Shown here: positions 22,622 to 35,094 of the stretch, one piece after another
Layout: each line of letters starts with the position of its first letter
Numbering within the stretch: the first letter of the stretch is position 1
Assembly (NCBI GenBank): GCA_038087875.1
Contig: CM075990.1
Coordinates: forward strand, 10,728,001-10,788,000
Direction of reading: 5' to 3'
Source: Malacoraja senta
Lineage: Eukaryota
Length of the DNA stretch: 60,000 bases
Program-made: the position numbers and the translations under genes
The notes under the pieces: generated by a model
What the model saw: only the letters and a program-made list of their open reading frames with translations
What the model was told of the DNA's origin: nothing
Database searches by the model: none

Positions 22622-23849
22622 ACTGATGTCGGGAGGGGTGGGGCGGGAAAAAGAAAGGAAGAGGCAGAGATAGTAGGCTGTGGGAGAGCTAGGAATGGGA
22701 GGGGAAGGAGGGAGAAAGCAAGGACTACCTCAAATTGGAGAAGCAAATGTTCATACCGCTGGGGTGTAAACTACCCAAGCAAAATATGAGGTGCTGTTCC
22801 TCCAATTTGCGGTGGGCCTCACTCTGGCCATGGAAGAGGCCCAGGACAGAAAGGTCGGAATGGGAGCGGGAGTTGAAGTGCTGAGCCACCGGGAGATCAG
22901 GTTGGTTATTGCAAACTGAGTGGAGGTGTTGTGCGAAGCGATTGCCAAGCCTGCGCTTGGTCTCACCGAGGTTGATCATACGCTGAATAATCCAACCAGA
23001 TTTTTGTTTGGAAGTGGAAAGAGATAATAGAAATTGCATTAATTGCAATCTGTAAAAAGAGATGAGATACTGTATTGTAATTTTGCTGCATGTGATTGTG
23101 GTATATATCATGTCTTGATTGGTGAATATGTTTAGTTTGCGACTTTATTTGAAGCAGAAATAATATGTGAATGCTTTATTGACCATAATTCCGACTGGTA
23201 ACTACGCACTTCGTCCGAGCACATTATCGCACTCGTCATGCAAGCCATCTTAAATGACCACCTAAACTGTCATTTGGCAACCTAAAAAGCTGCCGAGGTT
23301 GCCCGGCTGGCAACAGGGAAAAAAAGTTAATTGAGAGCCCTGCCTTCTTCAGACTGATTCAGAGGCCAAGTTGTTGGGTATATTTAAAGGAGATGGGCAG
23401 ATTTTTGATTACGGATGCCAAAGATTATGGGGTGAGGGCAGGAGAATGGGGTTGAAAGGGAAAGATTGAATGGTAGAGTAGACTCGATAGGCCAAATGGC
23501 CCAATTCTGCTCCTATGACGTGAACATGATGTCATTTTGTGCAGTTTCCTCCATTGTCTGTATCAAGTGGAGCTTTAGGGTGCAAACTGTGACATTCATT
23601 GAATACTTTGAAAATAAAACAGAAAAGTATACAGTGATTGATATTTAAAGCTGTAATTATAGATAGATCAAATGGGTGGGAAATAAATGTGGTCTATTTT
23701 AGTAGGAAAAGTAATCCAAAATAATTTTAGCTGGGCTATTGACATTAAAATTCTGATTCAGGAATGCAGCTGGTCAGGCAGACCTTTCAACCATTCCAAC
23801 TGCTTTTCTTTACACATGCTGCCTGACCTGAGTTTATGTGGAGAATACT

Positions 23850-24470
23850 AAAGGGGAAAGTATACAATTAATGGCAAGACCCTTAACAGCAGTGATACAC
23901 AGACTGATCTTGGGGATCCATGACTCTTTGAAAGTGGCAACACAAGTAGATGGAGTTTTAAAGAGACATGTGTTTTGCTTGCTTTCATTGGTCAGGTCAT
24001 TGAGTATAAGAGTTAGGAACTAATGATGTAGCTTTGTAGGACTTTGATTAGGCCTCAGTTGGATAATTGTGTGCATTCTGGTAGCCCCAAAACAAGGAGG
24101 AAGTGGAGGCTTTGCAAAAGTATAAGAGAATGCTGTTTGTATTAGGAAGTATTGGTAACAGGGAGAGGTTGGACAGACTTGGATTGTTTTCTCTGGAATG
24201 CTGTAGATTGAGGGGGTATCTAATATAAGATTATGAGAAGCATTGATAGCATAGATGGTGAGAACTATTTTCCCAATTTCAATTACCAGAGGGTAGAACT
24301 TTAAGGTGAGAGGGGCACAGCTTAAAGGAGATGTGCAGGGTAATTTTTGTTTTAGAGGGTGGCGAATGCCTGGAACGTGTCGTGGTGGTGTAGACAGATA
24401 GAATAATAGCATTTAAGATAATTTTGGAAAGGGACATGGAGATGTATGGAATTGGGGGATATGGAGAGGC
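23850..24470 (+). mobile_element. CR1 LINE 3' fragment (degenerate)
   Basis: Remnants of HDSLKVATQVD, TLIRPQL..CVQFW; AGAGGG..AACTTTAAGGTGAGAGGGG. Confidence 0.8.
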
Positions 24471-24644
24471 TGCTAAAAGTTTTGAAGAGGTTATTTAGCT
24501 GATTGAAACAAATGGAAATCTCATATCAAGTTTGTAAATCTTTATAATTCACTCCACCAGAGATCTTGGACATCAGAAATTAGATGGATAGATTTGAAAT
24601 TCCAAGGGGTATGGAAATGGGGAAGGAAACGTTAAAAGATTGTC

Positions 24645-24740
24645 GATACACAAAAAGGCCGGATAAACTCAGCGGGTGCAGCAGCATCTATGGAGCGAAG
24701 GAAATAGGCAACGTTACGGGCCGAAACCCTTCTTCAGACG
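24645..24740 (-). mobile_element. Solo Penelope-type pLTR
   Basis: AACTCAGCGGGTGCAGCAGCATCTATGGAGCGAAGG..CCCTTCTTCAGAC. Confidence 0.75.
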
Positions 24741-24944
24741 TTTGTCCATGATCTTAAGACATGGCAGAGTGGATCAAATTATTGACTTCTGCCCTGATAT
24801 TATTCAGCTCAATTAGATCATGCTTGGTATGCTATGCATGTTTTGCAGAAGGGATACAGAAATATAGAGAAAGTGCAGGGAAGCTTTATTGGGGTGATAA
24901 CAGAAGTAAAGATTAGACGTATCGAGAAAAGCAGAGTAAGGCAA

Positions 24945-25825
24945 AGGTCTTTTATTGTCACATGTACCAATTGAGGTACAGTGATATGCAAATTACCATA
25001 CAGCCATACGAAGAAAAAAGCAACAAGACACAACTAAATAATAGTTAACATAAACATCCACCACAGCGGATTCCTCACTGTGATGGAAGGCAAAAACGTC
25101 CAATCTTCTTCCTCTTATTCTCCCGCGGTCGGGGCAGTCGAACCATCTGTTGGGGCGATCGAAGCTCCCGCAGCCGGCAGTCGAAGCTCCCGTGTCGGGG
25201 CGATCGAAACTCCCGTGGCTTGGAGTTCCCGAAATCGGTCCTTGACCAGAGACCGCGGGCTCCGTGATATTAAGTCCGCAAGCATCAACAGTTGGACCTC
25301 CGAGGTCGACCCCCAGCAAAGGGATCGCGATCTCCGCGATGGTAAGTCCGCAGGCGACCATGGTGGAGCTCTCAAAATCGGTCTCCAGCAAAGGCCGCCA
25401 ACTCCTCGAAGTTAGGCCGCATTGCTGACGGAGATATGATCTGGGGGGGGGAAAATGCATCTCCGTTGAGGTACAAGATTAGAAAAAGTTTCCCCAACTC
25501 CCCCCACCCCCCCCACATAAAACAAGCTAAAGAACACTGAAAACGTACATTTAACACATACAATTAAAACACAAAGAAGGAAAGGATGGACAGACAGACT
25601 GGACAAAGAAGGAAAGGACAATACTTTGCTAATTGCCAAGTTACTAGTCGTGACTAGTTGATGATAAGACTGTAAATGGTCTAGGCAATAGCATGTTTAA
25701 ATATAGTTCATAAAATCAGTGAGCATACTTCAAATTAATTCTAATTAACCCCCTTGTTTTTGAAAAGTTAATTACACAAAGAAGGAAAGGACAGAGAGAC
25801 TGTTGGCGAGGCAGTCAATGCTGGT
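24945..25825 (-). mobile_element. Non-coding GC-rich retroposon with a Rex1-type 3' tail
   Basis: TTTTATTGTCACATGTAC is the reverse of the Rex1-like tail GTGACAATAAA; GC-rich body with internal GGGGCGATCGAA repeats; no ORF homology. Confidence 0.55.
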
Positions 25826-26686
25826 CACCCTGATTGAAAATACTTTGCTAATTGCCAAGTTACTAGTCATGACTAGTTGATGATGACTAAATGGTCGAGG
25901 CAATACCATGTTAAAATATAGTTCATAAAATCATTGAGCATGCTTCAAATTAATTCCAGTCCCTTGTTTTTGAAAAGTGAATTAAAATTTCAAACAATAA
26001 TCTTAACTGTTGGTATAGTAATGCCAACAGTTCTTAATATGATTCTTCAGCCACTCATTATTAATTATAGTTTTTGACCTTTTTCTACATTTTGGTGTTC
26101 TAAAGCTGAACTTGTCAAATTTATTTTCATTATTTAATGCATAGATTTTGTTTTGTCTTTCAAGTTGCTACTTTAATCATTTTTTTTTAACAATTCAAGC
26201 TAATGTTTAAAGATTGGAGATTAAATGTGCTACAAAATTGTGGTGTAGACCTGTGCCAAAGTACTAATGTTTAAGCTTTGTGGCCCCAAAATAGTAAGAT
26301 AAAAATTTGAACATTCCGAGTGATGGATAAGGATTGCTGTTCAACATTTCTTTTGAGCTACTGCCAAACTTGCTGACGCTTCCTACTATATCCATTTATT
26401 GCTATATCCACAAACCTATCTGCAGCTGTTGAATTTGTTTGATAATGTAAGAAAGATTTTAGTTGCTGGCCTATTATGCACATTAAACACCTTTTAAAAT
26501 ATTCATTTAATTCTAAAATACAAATATTTGCAGGATAATAAAGGAATGACGGGGAGAGTGGGAAGAAAGCTGGCATGTCCCAGATGAGCCAAATATCCTG
26601 GTGTGCTACAAGATTCAATGTCTAAGTGACCGATTATATCCTTTTCAGATCTACAGGTGGTATTTTTCTAACTCACAAATTGCAAG

Positions 26687-26858
26687 ATGTCAGCCCGAAG
26701 TGGAAAAAAGAAAATGATCAAGATATCACGCTCATCCAGAGCTGGAATCATTTTTCCTGTTGGCAGACTGTTGCGTTACTTGCGGAAATCAACATTCAAT
26801 TATCGTATTGGAATGGGAGCACCCATTTACCTGGCTGCAGTCATGGAGTACCTTGCCG
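26687..26858 (+). CDS. MACROH2A2: macroH2A2 coding exon 1 (histone fold)
   Basis: [32 protein letters not shown]...[10 protein letters not shown]; 172 bp; donor GTAAAA. Confidence 0.95.
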
Positions 26859-27038
26859 GTAAAAGTCTAAATTTAGAACATGAAAACCAGGTTAAAGTCT
26901 AAAGCTTAAAAACAAATTATTTTTGAGGAATCAAAATGTATCTGTTCATTTTGGAGGATGTTTTATTTTGGCACTTTCGGCAAATATTTCTGGTATCAGT
27001 TGTTTTAAACTTAATAACAAACATTTATTCTTGTGCAG

Positions 27039-27145
27039 CTGAAATTCTGGAACTGGCTGGAAATGCAGCCAGGGATAACAAAAAGAGTAGAATTACTCCA
27101 AGGCATATTCTGCTGGCAGTGGCAAATGATGAAGAACTAAACCAG
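27039..27145 (+). CDS. MACROH2A2: macroH2A2 coding exon 2
   Basis: [40 protein letters not shown] boundaries; 107 bp. Confidence 0.96.
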
Positions 27146-28789
27146 GTAAGGCTCATGGTGTTAGTTATCTTGATCTATTTGAAACCCAATTCATTCGTTT
27201 TCTTGATGCTTGTAGAAATCTTTAATTTTCAAAGGAGAAAGATACTTGGAGGATTTGGAAAACATTGGAGAGTGCAGCTAAGTGTAGAAGGACTTAATTC
27301 AGCCCATAATGGTTTCTTGCAGCACACTCCTTCAGACCCATCCTGTCCCTCTTTCCTGTGATTCTTCTACCACATACTTTGACACTTGCTATTTATTTAC
27401 ACTGGGTATTTATTTATTTACTCACTATTTACAGTTCATTTAACTACCGGCACATTTTTGCGAACTGGAAGAAAACTGGACACTGTATTGGAATTTTTTT
27501 TTAATTCCTCCAGCGTTATACAGATTGCTGTAAATCTGAAAGGAAATGGGAAAAGTTAGAAACATAAAGCAGGCCAGTCAGCGCACGTGAAAAGAGAAAC
27601 ACTTAACATCACGGGCCATGGACCTTTCATTAGAACTGAATGAAGGCATGAAACATTTATGTCTGTACTGATTCTAATATGAAAATATGGATACATTAAT
27701 AATAATGAGAATAAATTAAGCAGGTGTGAAGAGCATCTGCTAGTTATACTGATCTCTGGTCTTGTCATGCTGTATCTAGAATTGAACTGACTTCTAAGAC
27801 AAGATGCTTTTCACCATGTTTAAGAAGGATCTGCAGATGCTGGAAAATCGAAGGTAGACAAAAGTGCTGGAGAAACTCAGTGGGTGCGGCAGCATCATGC
27901 TTTTCACCATGCTGCACACTGCAAAATCCTCTTGAGAATTGCAAAGTGCCTTTCCTTTCATCAAGTATACTTATACTTGTGTACAGATTTTGAAGGGTTG
28001 CGGCTTTGAGTGCAATAAAAACTTTAGTAATCGATGAAGTAACATTTGTTGTCATGGCCCAATGGGAGCACTCTTGCGAGTTTAATTCCAGTCCTGGAAA
28101 TAATTTGAGCGCATAATCAATGCTGTACTTTTGGAGATGGTTTTGAGTTCATCCGAGTGTGTAAAAAATCCTGTGGCATCTACATTCTTGGATGTTCATG
28201 CATTTGTCAATATAGTAGTGGCTATAGCTGAAAACTAATTAATCTGCTCCAGATTGACCCAGTCCACTTGGCGTATTTAAGGAGCACAGTGTGAAGTAAT
28301 GAGTTCATTATATTTAATAGTTTTATCGTACATGTTTCCCATTTTTAATTTAGAATGCAGATGCAACAAGAACTGTCATAATGAACGCCTGAAAACTAGT
28401 ACCATCAAAAACACGAGTAATGGTAGAAATATTAAACATTTAATTACCAACATTGCTACAAACTAAAATTTGTGTATTTTATAAATTGGCTGCTATTAGA
28501 GCAGCAATAAGATGCAGTGAAATGTTAGAAACATTAGAAATTCCATCCATTTAGTTTTTATAAACTTCCATCTAACTTTATGCATTGATTCTTTAGACAA
28601 ATAAAGTATTTCGCTCAATAGTACATCTTCCCACAAAGTGGTCCACATAATATAAAGAACCAAAAACAAACCAACCTTCATTTTGAAATGTATTAATTTT
28701 GGGTGCAGTTTTCTAGAACAGTAGTATTTCAGTGCAGGATCATTTTATTGAAAAGCTTTGCCTATATATAATTAATTTTGTGCCTGCAG

Positions 28790-29020
28790 TTATTAAGGGG
28801 AGTAACAATTGCGTGTGGTGGTGTGCTGCCTCGAATTCATCCTGAACTCCTGGCAAAGAAACGTGGTGCCAGAAGTAAAGTGGAAACCATTCTATCTACG
28901 CCAAAAGAAAAGAAGGAAAAGCAGGCAAAGAAGGCAAAGAAAGCAAAGCCATCTCCAGTTAAAAAAGCAGCCAAGAAAGCAACTGTCAAAAAGGGTAGAA
29001 AATCCAAATCGCCCAGAAAG
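28790..29020 (+). CDS. MACROH2A2: macroH2A2 coding exon 3 (end of histone fold, basic linker)
   Basis: LLRGVTIACGGVLPRIHPELLAKKRG...KSKSPRK; 231 bp. Confidence 0.93.
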
Positions 29021-29954
29021 GTTTGTATCAAACACGCAATTCCTGCTGTCTAAGAGGGACGACTTGCTGTACTACAATGGCACTAAATCATTTTGGATTA
29101 GGAAACGGTCAGCTATTATCTTTAGAAACGTTAACTTGTGATGCCAATTGATATGCAGTAAAACTGATTACATCATGACGATTTGGAATTACTGGTGGTT
29201 AAGCACCTGCATCAAAGGTGAGCTTCTTGCCAGTTCACTTTGCACCTGGTCTCACCTCTCACTTCCTGTTCTCGGAAATCTGTTTCCACACTCCTTAACT
29301 CCCCAGACGCCCTGGCTCCCACATTCTTTTTAAACCTGCCTGTCTTCATTGCAAAATATGTTTCACCTGAGTAACATATTTTATAAAAACTATGGGTGTT
29401 GGGGCATTGCTTCAAATGATGTCCAATGATCTGGAAAATTTGTACGTCTGGCACCACCAATGTCTCAAATGTGTCAGATTATTGGAATTTTATCAAACCT
29501 AATTATTTGAGTTCCAAATGGACCTCAATTTAAATTGTGCAATTTAGTTTTCATTTTTAGTTCTGACATCGCACTTCCACCATTAAATCTGTAAAAGAAA
29601 GAGTGAGAAGCCAAAGTAGATTTTTCTGAAATATCACAATTTGAAGCTGTTTTAGCTTTTTGTGTAGTCTAATCTAAATTAAGTATCTGCATGAGAAAGT
29701 GTAGGTTACTGACTAAATTAATTTGGACATTTGCATTGACACTTAATTAAAAAATGTATCCCTAAATATTTAATCAATAATTCAGGCAGCTCCCTACGAT
29801 TAAACTGCAATATTAGTTATGTTTTAATGCATTCAACTTGACGTGGGGAAGAAAGATGTGATGTAGCAGGTGTGGAAATTTGACTTGTGATCCCATCGCA
29901 ACAAATCCACCAATGTAATTCTTTGTCAGGCAATCTATTACCAAAATGTTACTC

Positions 29955-30310
29955 CAGGTTGCAACAGGCCCTTCCACCCAACTTGCCCACTCCGACCAAC
30001 ATGAGTCCCATCTGCCTGCTTTTGGCCCATATCCTTCCAAACCTATCCTATCCATGTACCTGTCCAAATGTCTCTTAAATGTTGTGATAGTACCTGCCTC
30101 AACTACCTCCTCCGGCAGCTTGTTCCATACAACCACTCCCCTTTGTGTGTAAAAAAAAAGTCACCCCTCAGGCTCCCATTGAATGTCCCCCTCACCTTAA
30201 ACCTATTTCCTCTGGTTCTCTATTCCCTTACTTTGGGCAAAAGACTCTGTCCATTTACCCAATCTATTCTTCTCATGATTGTGTACACCTCTATATGATC
30301 ACCCCTCATC
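29955..30310 (-). mobile_element. CR1 LINE 3' end
   Basis: VVWNKLPEEVVEAGTITTFKRHLDRYMDRIGLEGYGP on minus. Confidence 0.88.
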
Positions 30311-30809
30311 TCCCCACGGGGTGGGGGGGGGGGGGAGAGGGAAAAAGGAGGAGGGGAAGGGGAAGGGAAAGGAGTTGGGGGGGGGGAGGAAAAGAGAGTG
30401 AGAGACTCTGCCTCTGCTGTGGATTATTACAATTCTATCAAAGGCCTTTAAGAATGTTTCATTTTCATAGACTATAATGCTATACACAGATCTCTAGTAT
30501 GTTCAGCTATGTTTAAAATTAATCAAAACCTGAAGATTTAAACATTCAAGTATTCACAAGCTATCCAAAATTTATAATACCATCTGTCTAAAAGTGGAAA
30601 GACAGATTTGTATTCATGCTAAGGTTAGTAGGTCACATACTTGTACGAAAAACAAATAGACTACCTTAGTCATTGTTATCAGTGTTTTGTTGGTGACTAC
30701 ATTAGTACAGAACAAATAAAAGGGGTGCAGAGAAATGTAATTGGTTCTGTTTTATGGAATAGTTTTCATTATTTCAAAATGAACAATTCAAACACTTTTT
30801 TAAAATCAG

Positions 30810-30920
30810 GGTAAACGAATAGAAAGCAAGAAGGAAGGAGCATCTAGTTCCACTTCAGATGATGTACCTGGTGAAGGTTTCACAATTCATTCAACAAAGA
30901 GCCTTTTTCTGGGACAAAAG
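30810..30920 (+). CDS. MACROH2A2: macroH2A2 coding exon 4
   Basis: GKRIESKKEGASSSTSDDVPGEGFTIHSTKSLFLGQK; 111 bp; donor GTAAGT. Confidence 0.93.
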
Positions 30921-31149
30921 GTAAGTTATGTGGTATTTTAATTTAAAATTGGATATGGGTAAATGTGTACCCCTGGGTTGTATCAATTTCAATTAAGTGC
31001 ACACAATACATTATCAATTCTCTGCTTTTCTATTTTGAGAATTGATGCCAATTATGACAAATTATTGATTTAGCATTATATAAATGTCAATATTAAATCT
31101 GGATTTAAGTTAATTGTAATGTTTTAAATTTGTTAATAATAAAAAAGCA

Positions 31150-31820
31150 GTGGGGATTGTGGGTTGTTAGGAGCATGCATCAAGTTGAGTGATTCGACAA
31201 ATGCATGGCCTATGCAGTATTACAAGGCAGAGTAATATTTAAATGGCAATAGATTCAATTAGAAAATAGCAACGTACAAAGCGATGATAATGTCTGTGTA
31301 CCAAGCCTTTGAAAGGTAACATGCAAGTAGTTAAGGCAGCAGGCATGTCAACCTTTGTTAAGAAATGTTTTGAGTACAGAATCAAGGCTGTCTTGTTACA
31401 TTTTTAACGGTCCTTTCTGAGACCACAGGTGGTCTATGCAGTTTTGGTCTTTTCAAATAAAAGAGATATTTGCCCTAGTGGAGGTACAGTGAAGTTCACC
31501 AAACTATTTCTGAGATGGTGACACTGTCATTAGAGGAGAGATTGGATTGACGTCAACAGTAGGTTGAGAGGAAATCACATTGAAATGTATGATGGGATAT
31601 GCAAAGGTGTTTTCCTTGGCTGGGATGCAATGGAATGAAGTTCATGAATTGTGGGTCACATTTTCAGGGTTAAGACTTTAATATGAGGTGAAATTTCTTA
31701 CCACATATGGTGATGAATTTGTGAGGCTTGCTAAATATATTTAAGAATGAAATGGTATCCAGGAGTATGGGGAAAGAATGTATGAAATTAAGGGAGAGGT
31801 ATAAACATGGAGGGCTTAAT
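31150..31820 (+). mobile_element. Old CR1 LINE fragment
   Basis: Degenerate CR1 ORF2 3' motifs (TATTTAAATGG, GAGACCACA, CAGTTTTGGTCT, AGGTTGAGAGG). Confidence 0.6.
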
Positions 31821-31906
31821 GTCCTGCTCAAAAAAGTTAAAGGCAAACTATCTTGGCAATCTGATTGTTGTTTCCGCAGTTTATTAAATCTTATCTCTTT
31901 TTTCAG

Positions 31907-32006
31907 CTGTCATTAACACAGAGTGAAGTCAGTAAGATTGGTTCAGTTAAGGTTGAGTGCATCATTAACCCGACGAATGCTGAAATAGACCTTAAAGAGG
32001 ATGTTG
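31907..32006 (+). CDS. MACROH2A2: macroH2A2 coding exon 5 (100-bp, macroH2A1.2/2-type exon)
   Basis: LSLTQSEVSKIGSVKVECIINPTNAEIDLKEDV(G). Confidence 0.95.
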
Positions 32007-32515
32007 GTAAGTTTTTTGGTGTTTTTGTTCCTGGTTCACAATTTTTGCTTTTGGTTGAGGGAATTTTTAAAAATAACAATTAAGTCTGCTGAATGCATTT
32101 TCATAAAGCAACTAATATAAATAAAGTTGCTTGAAAATACTGAAATATATAAGGCACTAACTTTGCACTAAGTACATAATTAGATAATTCATTGTCAGCA
32201 CTGATTTTTATAATATTGTTTCCTCAAATAAAAAGTTAATCCAGTCTATCGAAACTCCAAATAAAACCTTTCAAATGTAAATCAAAAATGCGCCGAAAAA
32301 TCATTATAGCAAACTAGTTTTGAAATGATTAAAGAACTTTTCTGGAAAAATAGTAATGGGTAATAATGTGCTCCTGTAGTCTGCTCATCCCTATGCTTTC
32401 ATCTGCAAAGCCATGGCAATCTTGAATTCCTTCTATAATCCTATCTTATCTGCCTCTTGCTTTCTTGTTTAAGATGCTCTTTATGACCTATTCTTCCACC
32501 TAACCATTGGCCATT

Positions 32516-34078
32516 TGTACTCCACAATTTAAGATTTTGTAATAGAAAAAAATCACATATGGTTAAAGTGCACATTGTCAGATTTTATTAAAGGGTATTA
32601 TACATTTTGGTTTCACCATGTAGAAATTACAACTGTGTTTATACATAGTCCCCCCATTTCAGGGCACCTTAATGTTTGGGACACATGATTTCACAGGTGT
32701 TTGTAATTGCTCAGGTGTGTTTAATTACTTCCTTCATGCAGGTATAAGAGAGCTCTCAGCACCTAGTCTTTTCCCCAGTCTTTCCATCACCTTTGGAAAC
32801 TTTTATTGCTGTTTATCAACATGAGGACCAAAGTTATGCCAATGAAAATCGAAGAACCTATTATGAGACTGAGAAACAAAAATAAAACTGTTAAGAGACA
32901 TCAGCCAAACCTTAGGCTTACCAAAATCAACTGTTTGGAACATCATAAAGAAGAAAGGGAACACAGGCGAGCTTACTAATCGCAAAGGCCAAGGAAGACC
33001 TCCACAGCTGATGACAGAATAATTCTCTCTATAATAAAGAAGAAAAAAAAAAACACCTGTCCAACAGATCAGGAATGCTTCAGGAGTCAGGTGTGGATTT
33101 GTCAATGACCACTGTCCGCAGTAGACTTTATGAACAGAAATACAGAGGCAACATTGCAAGATGCAAACCACTGGTTAGCTGCAAAAATAGGATGGCCAGG
33201 TTACAGTTTGCCAAGAAGTACTTAAAAGAGCAGCCACAGTTCTGGAAAAAGGTCTTATGGACTGAGGAGACGAAGATTAACTTATATCGGAGTGATGGCA
33301 AGAGCAAAGTATGGAGTAGAGAAGGAACTGCCCAAGATCCAAAGCATACCATCTCATCTGTGAAACACGGTGGCGGGGGTGTTATGGCCTGGACATGTAT
33401 GGCTGCTTAAGGTATTGGCTCACTTATCTTCATTGATGATACAACTGCTGATGGTAGTAGCATAATGAATTCTGTTCAAGTTCAAACAAATGCCTCAAAT
33501 CTCATTGGCCGGCGGTTCATTCTACAGCAAGACAATGATCCCAAACATAATGCTAAAGCAACCAAGGAGTTTTTCAAAGCTAAAAATGGTCAATTCTTGA
33601 GTGGCCAAGTCAATCACCTGATCTGAACCCAATTGAGCATGTCTTTTATATGCTGAAGAGAAAACTGAAGGGGACTAGCCCCCCAAAACAAGCAGAAGCT
33701 AAAGATGGCTGCAATACCAGCCTAGCAGAGCATCACCAGAGAAGACACCCAGCAACTGGTGATGTCCATGAATCGTAGACTTCAAGCAGTCATTGCATGC
33801 AAAGCATATGCAATAAAATACTAAACATGACTACTTTCATTTACATGACATTGCTGTGTACCAAACATGGTGCCCTGAAATGGGAGGACTATGTATAAAC
33901 ACTGGTGTAATTTCTCAATGGTGAAACCAAAATGTATAAAAATGTCCTTTATTAAAATTTGACAATGTGCACTTTAATCACATGTGATTTTTTTTTCTAT
34001 TACGAATCTCAAATTGTGGAGTACGGAGGCAAATAAATAAATGATGGGTCTTTGTCCCAAACATTATGGAGGGCACTG
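32516..34078 (+). mobile_element. Tc1 DNA transposon, degenerate; left TIR truncated
   Basis: RLQFAKKY...WKKVLWTEETKINL...[32 protein letters not shown]; long inverted repeats; ends in CACTG-TA. Confidence 0.92.
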
Positions 34079-34382
34079 TATACTTATCTTCTGTTTTGTT
34101 TGAAAACTGCTTGGGAACCAGCAAAATTAAAGACAATATAAATGGGAATTATTGCATAAAGTAATCTTCCAATTTGAAAGAGCAAATGATGCATTAAAGC
34201 CTTTTTTGAAGTATACTTACAAGTGCTGGTCCCCTGTATTTATTTTACCTTTTTCATTTTAAGATGTCATTAAATCTGTATTATGATGCCCTACCCTCCC
34301 ACATGTTGTACTTTGCAAATACAGTTCCAGTTAGGTATTCATCAGTTTGACCACTTTAAGCAGATCTACCAATAGCCTATGA

Positions 34383-34505
<123 letters not shown>

Positions 34506-35094
34506 TAGTCATTTGTAATTTAAAACATATTTATAGCTATCTGCTTAGATTGATTGAGCTTAGTTATGGCATTTATAAAGCTGTACTTTGTCATGTGTGA
34601 GGAATCTGCTTGAAATATAATATTGTGGCATTCAAAACAAGTGAAATATTAACATGCACACATTGACACTTTTGAACAACAATCTCATTTTAGAAATATT
34701 TCAAAATTTCATCTAGTTCGATTTCATATTATACCCCAATATCCTCTTTGCAGAGTAGTCATCATGGGAGAACAAGGCAATAATGTATAGAAATATCAAA
34801 GGCAACGTGCCCCTAATCTATATTGTAATTGCAATTCAACAAGAGTTCTATGGTCAATGCATATTTTACTACTTATTCAGCAGTGTGGAGCTGTAGAAGT
34901 AACCATATGGCACACTTGCCTTCATATCTTGCCTTCAAAATATTGAGATTGAGTTGGGACGTCATTACAAAATGTGAGTGAGACCATACTGGGAGTAATG
35001 TGTGCCGTTCTGGAATCCGGGTTATCATTAAGATGGAAAGAATGTCATTAAGATAGAAAGAATATGGAAAAGGTTCTTGAGCATGTTACCCAAC

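Larger units (their letters stand above)
21824..22970 (-). mobile_element. Penelope-like element: two tandem 3' fragments (GIY-YIG endonuclease + pLTR)
   Basis: ORFs 21898-22572 and 22725-22970 show CRKCYTC..FTCTSSNFIYCIRC..YIGETKRRLG..FAQH..PVAQHFNS..EQHLIF.LGSLHPSGMN; each is followed by the same pLTR. Confidence 0.9.
20237..23342. mobile_element. Non-autonomous hAT-like element with an apparent 5-bp TSD and several nested insertions
   Basis: Imperfect TIRs CAGGGCTCGAAATTA and TAATTGAGAGCCCTG; subterminal GGCAAC/GTTGCC repeats at both ends; CCTTC duplicated (20232-20236, 23343-23347). Confidence 0.8.
20157..23356 (-). mobile_element. Solo Penelope-type pLTR (20157-20236 + 23343-23356) split by a hAT-like element
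   Basis: Halves rejoin to GACGTTTCGAGTCGAGACCCTTCTTCAGACTGA, the same motif as at 21874 and 22594. Confidence 0.75.
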
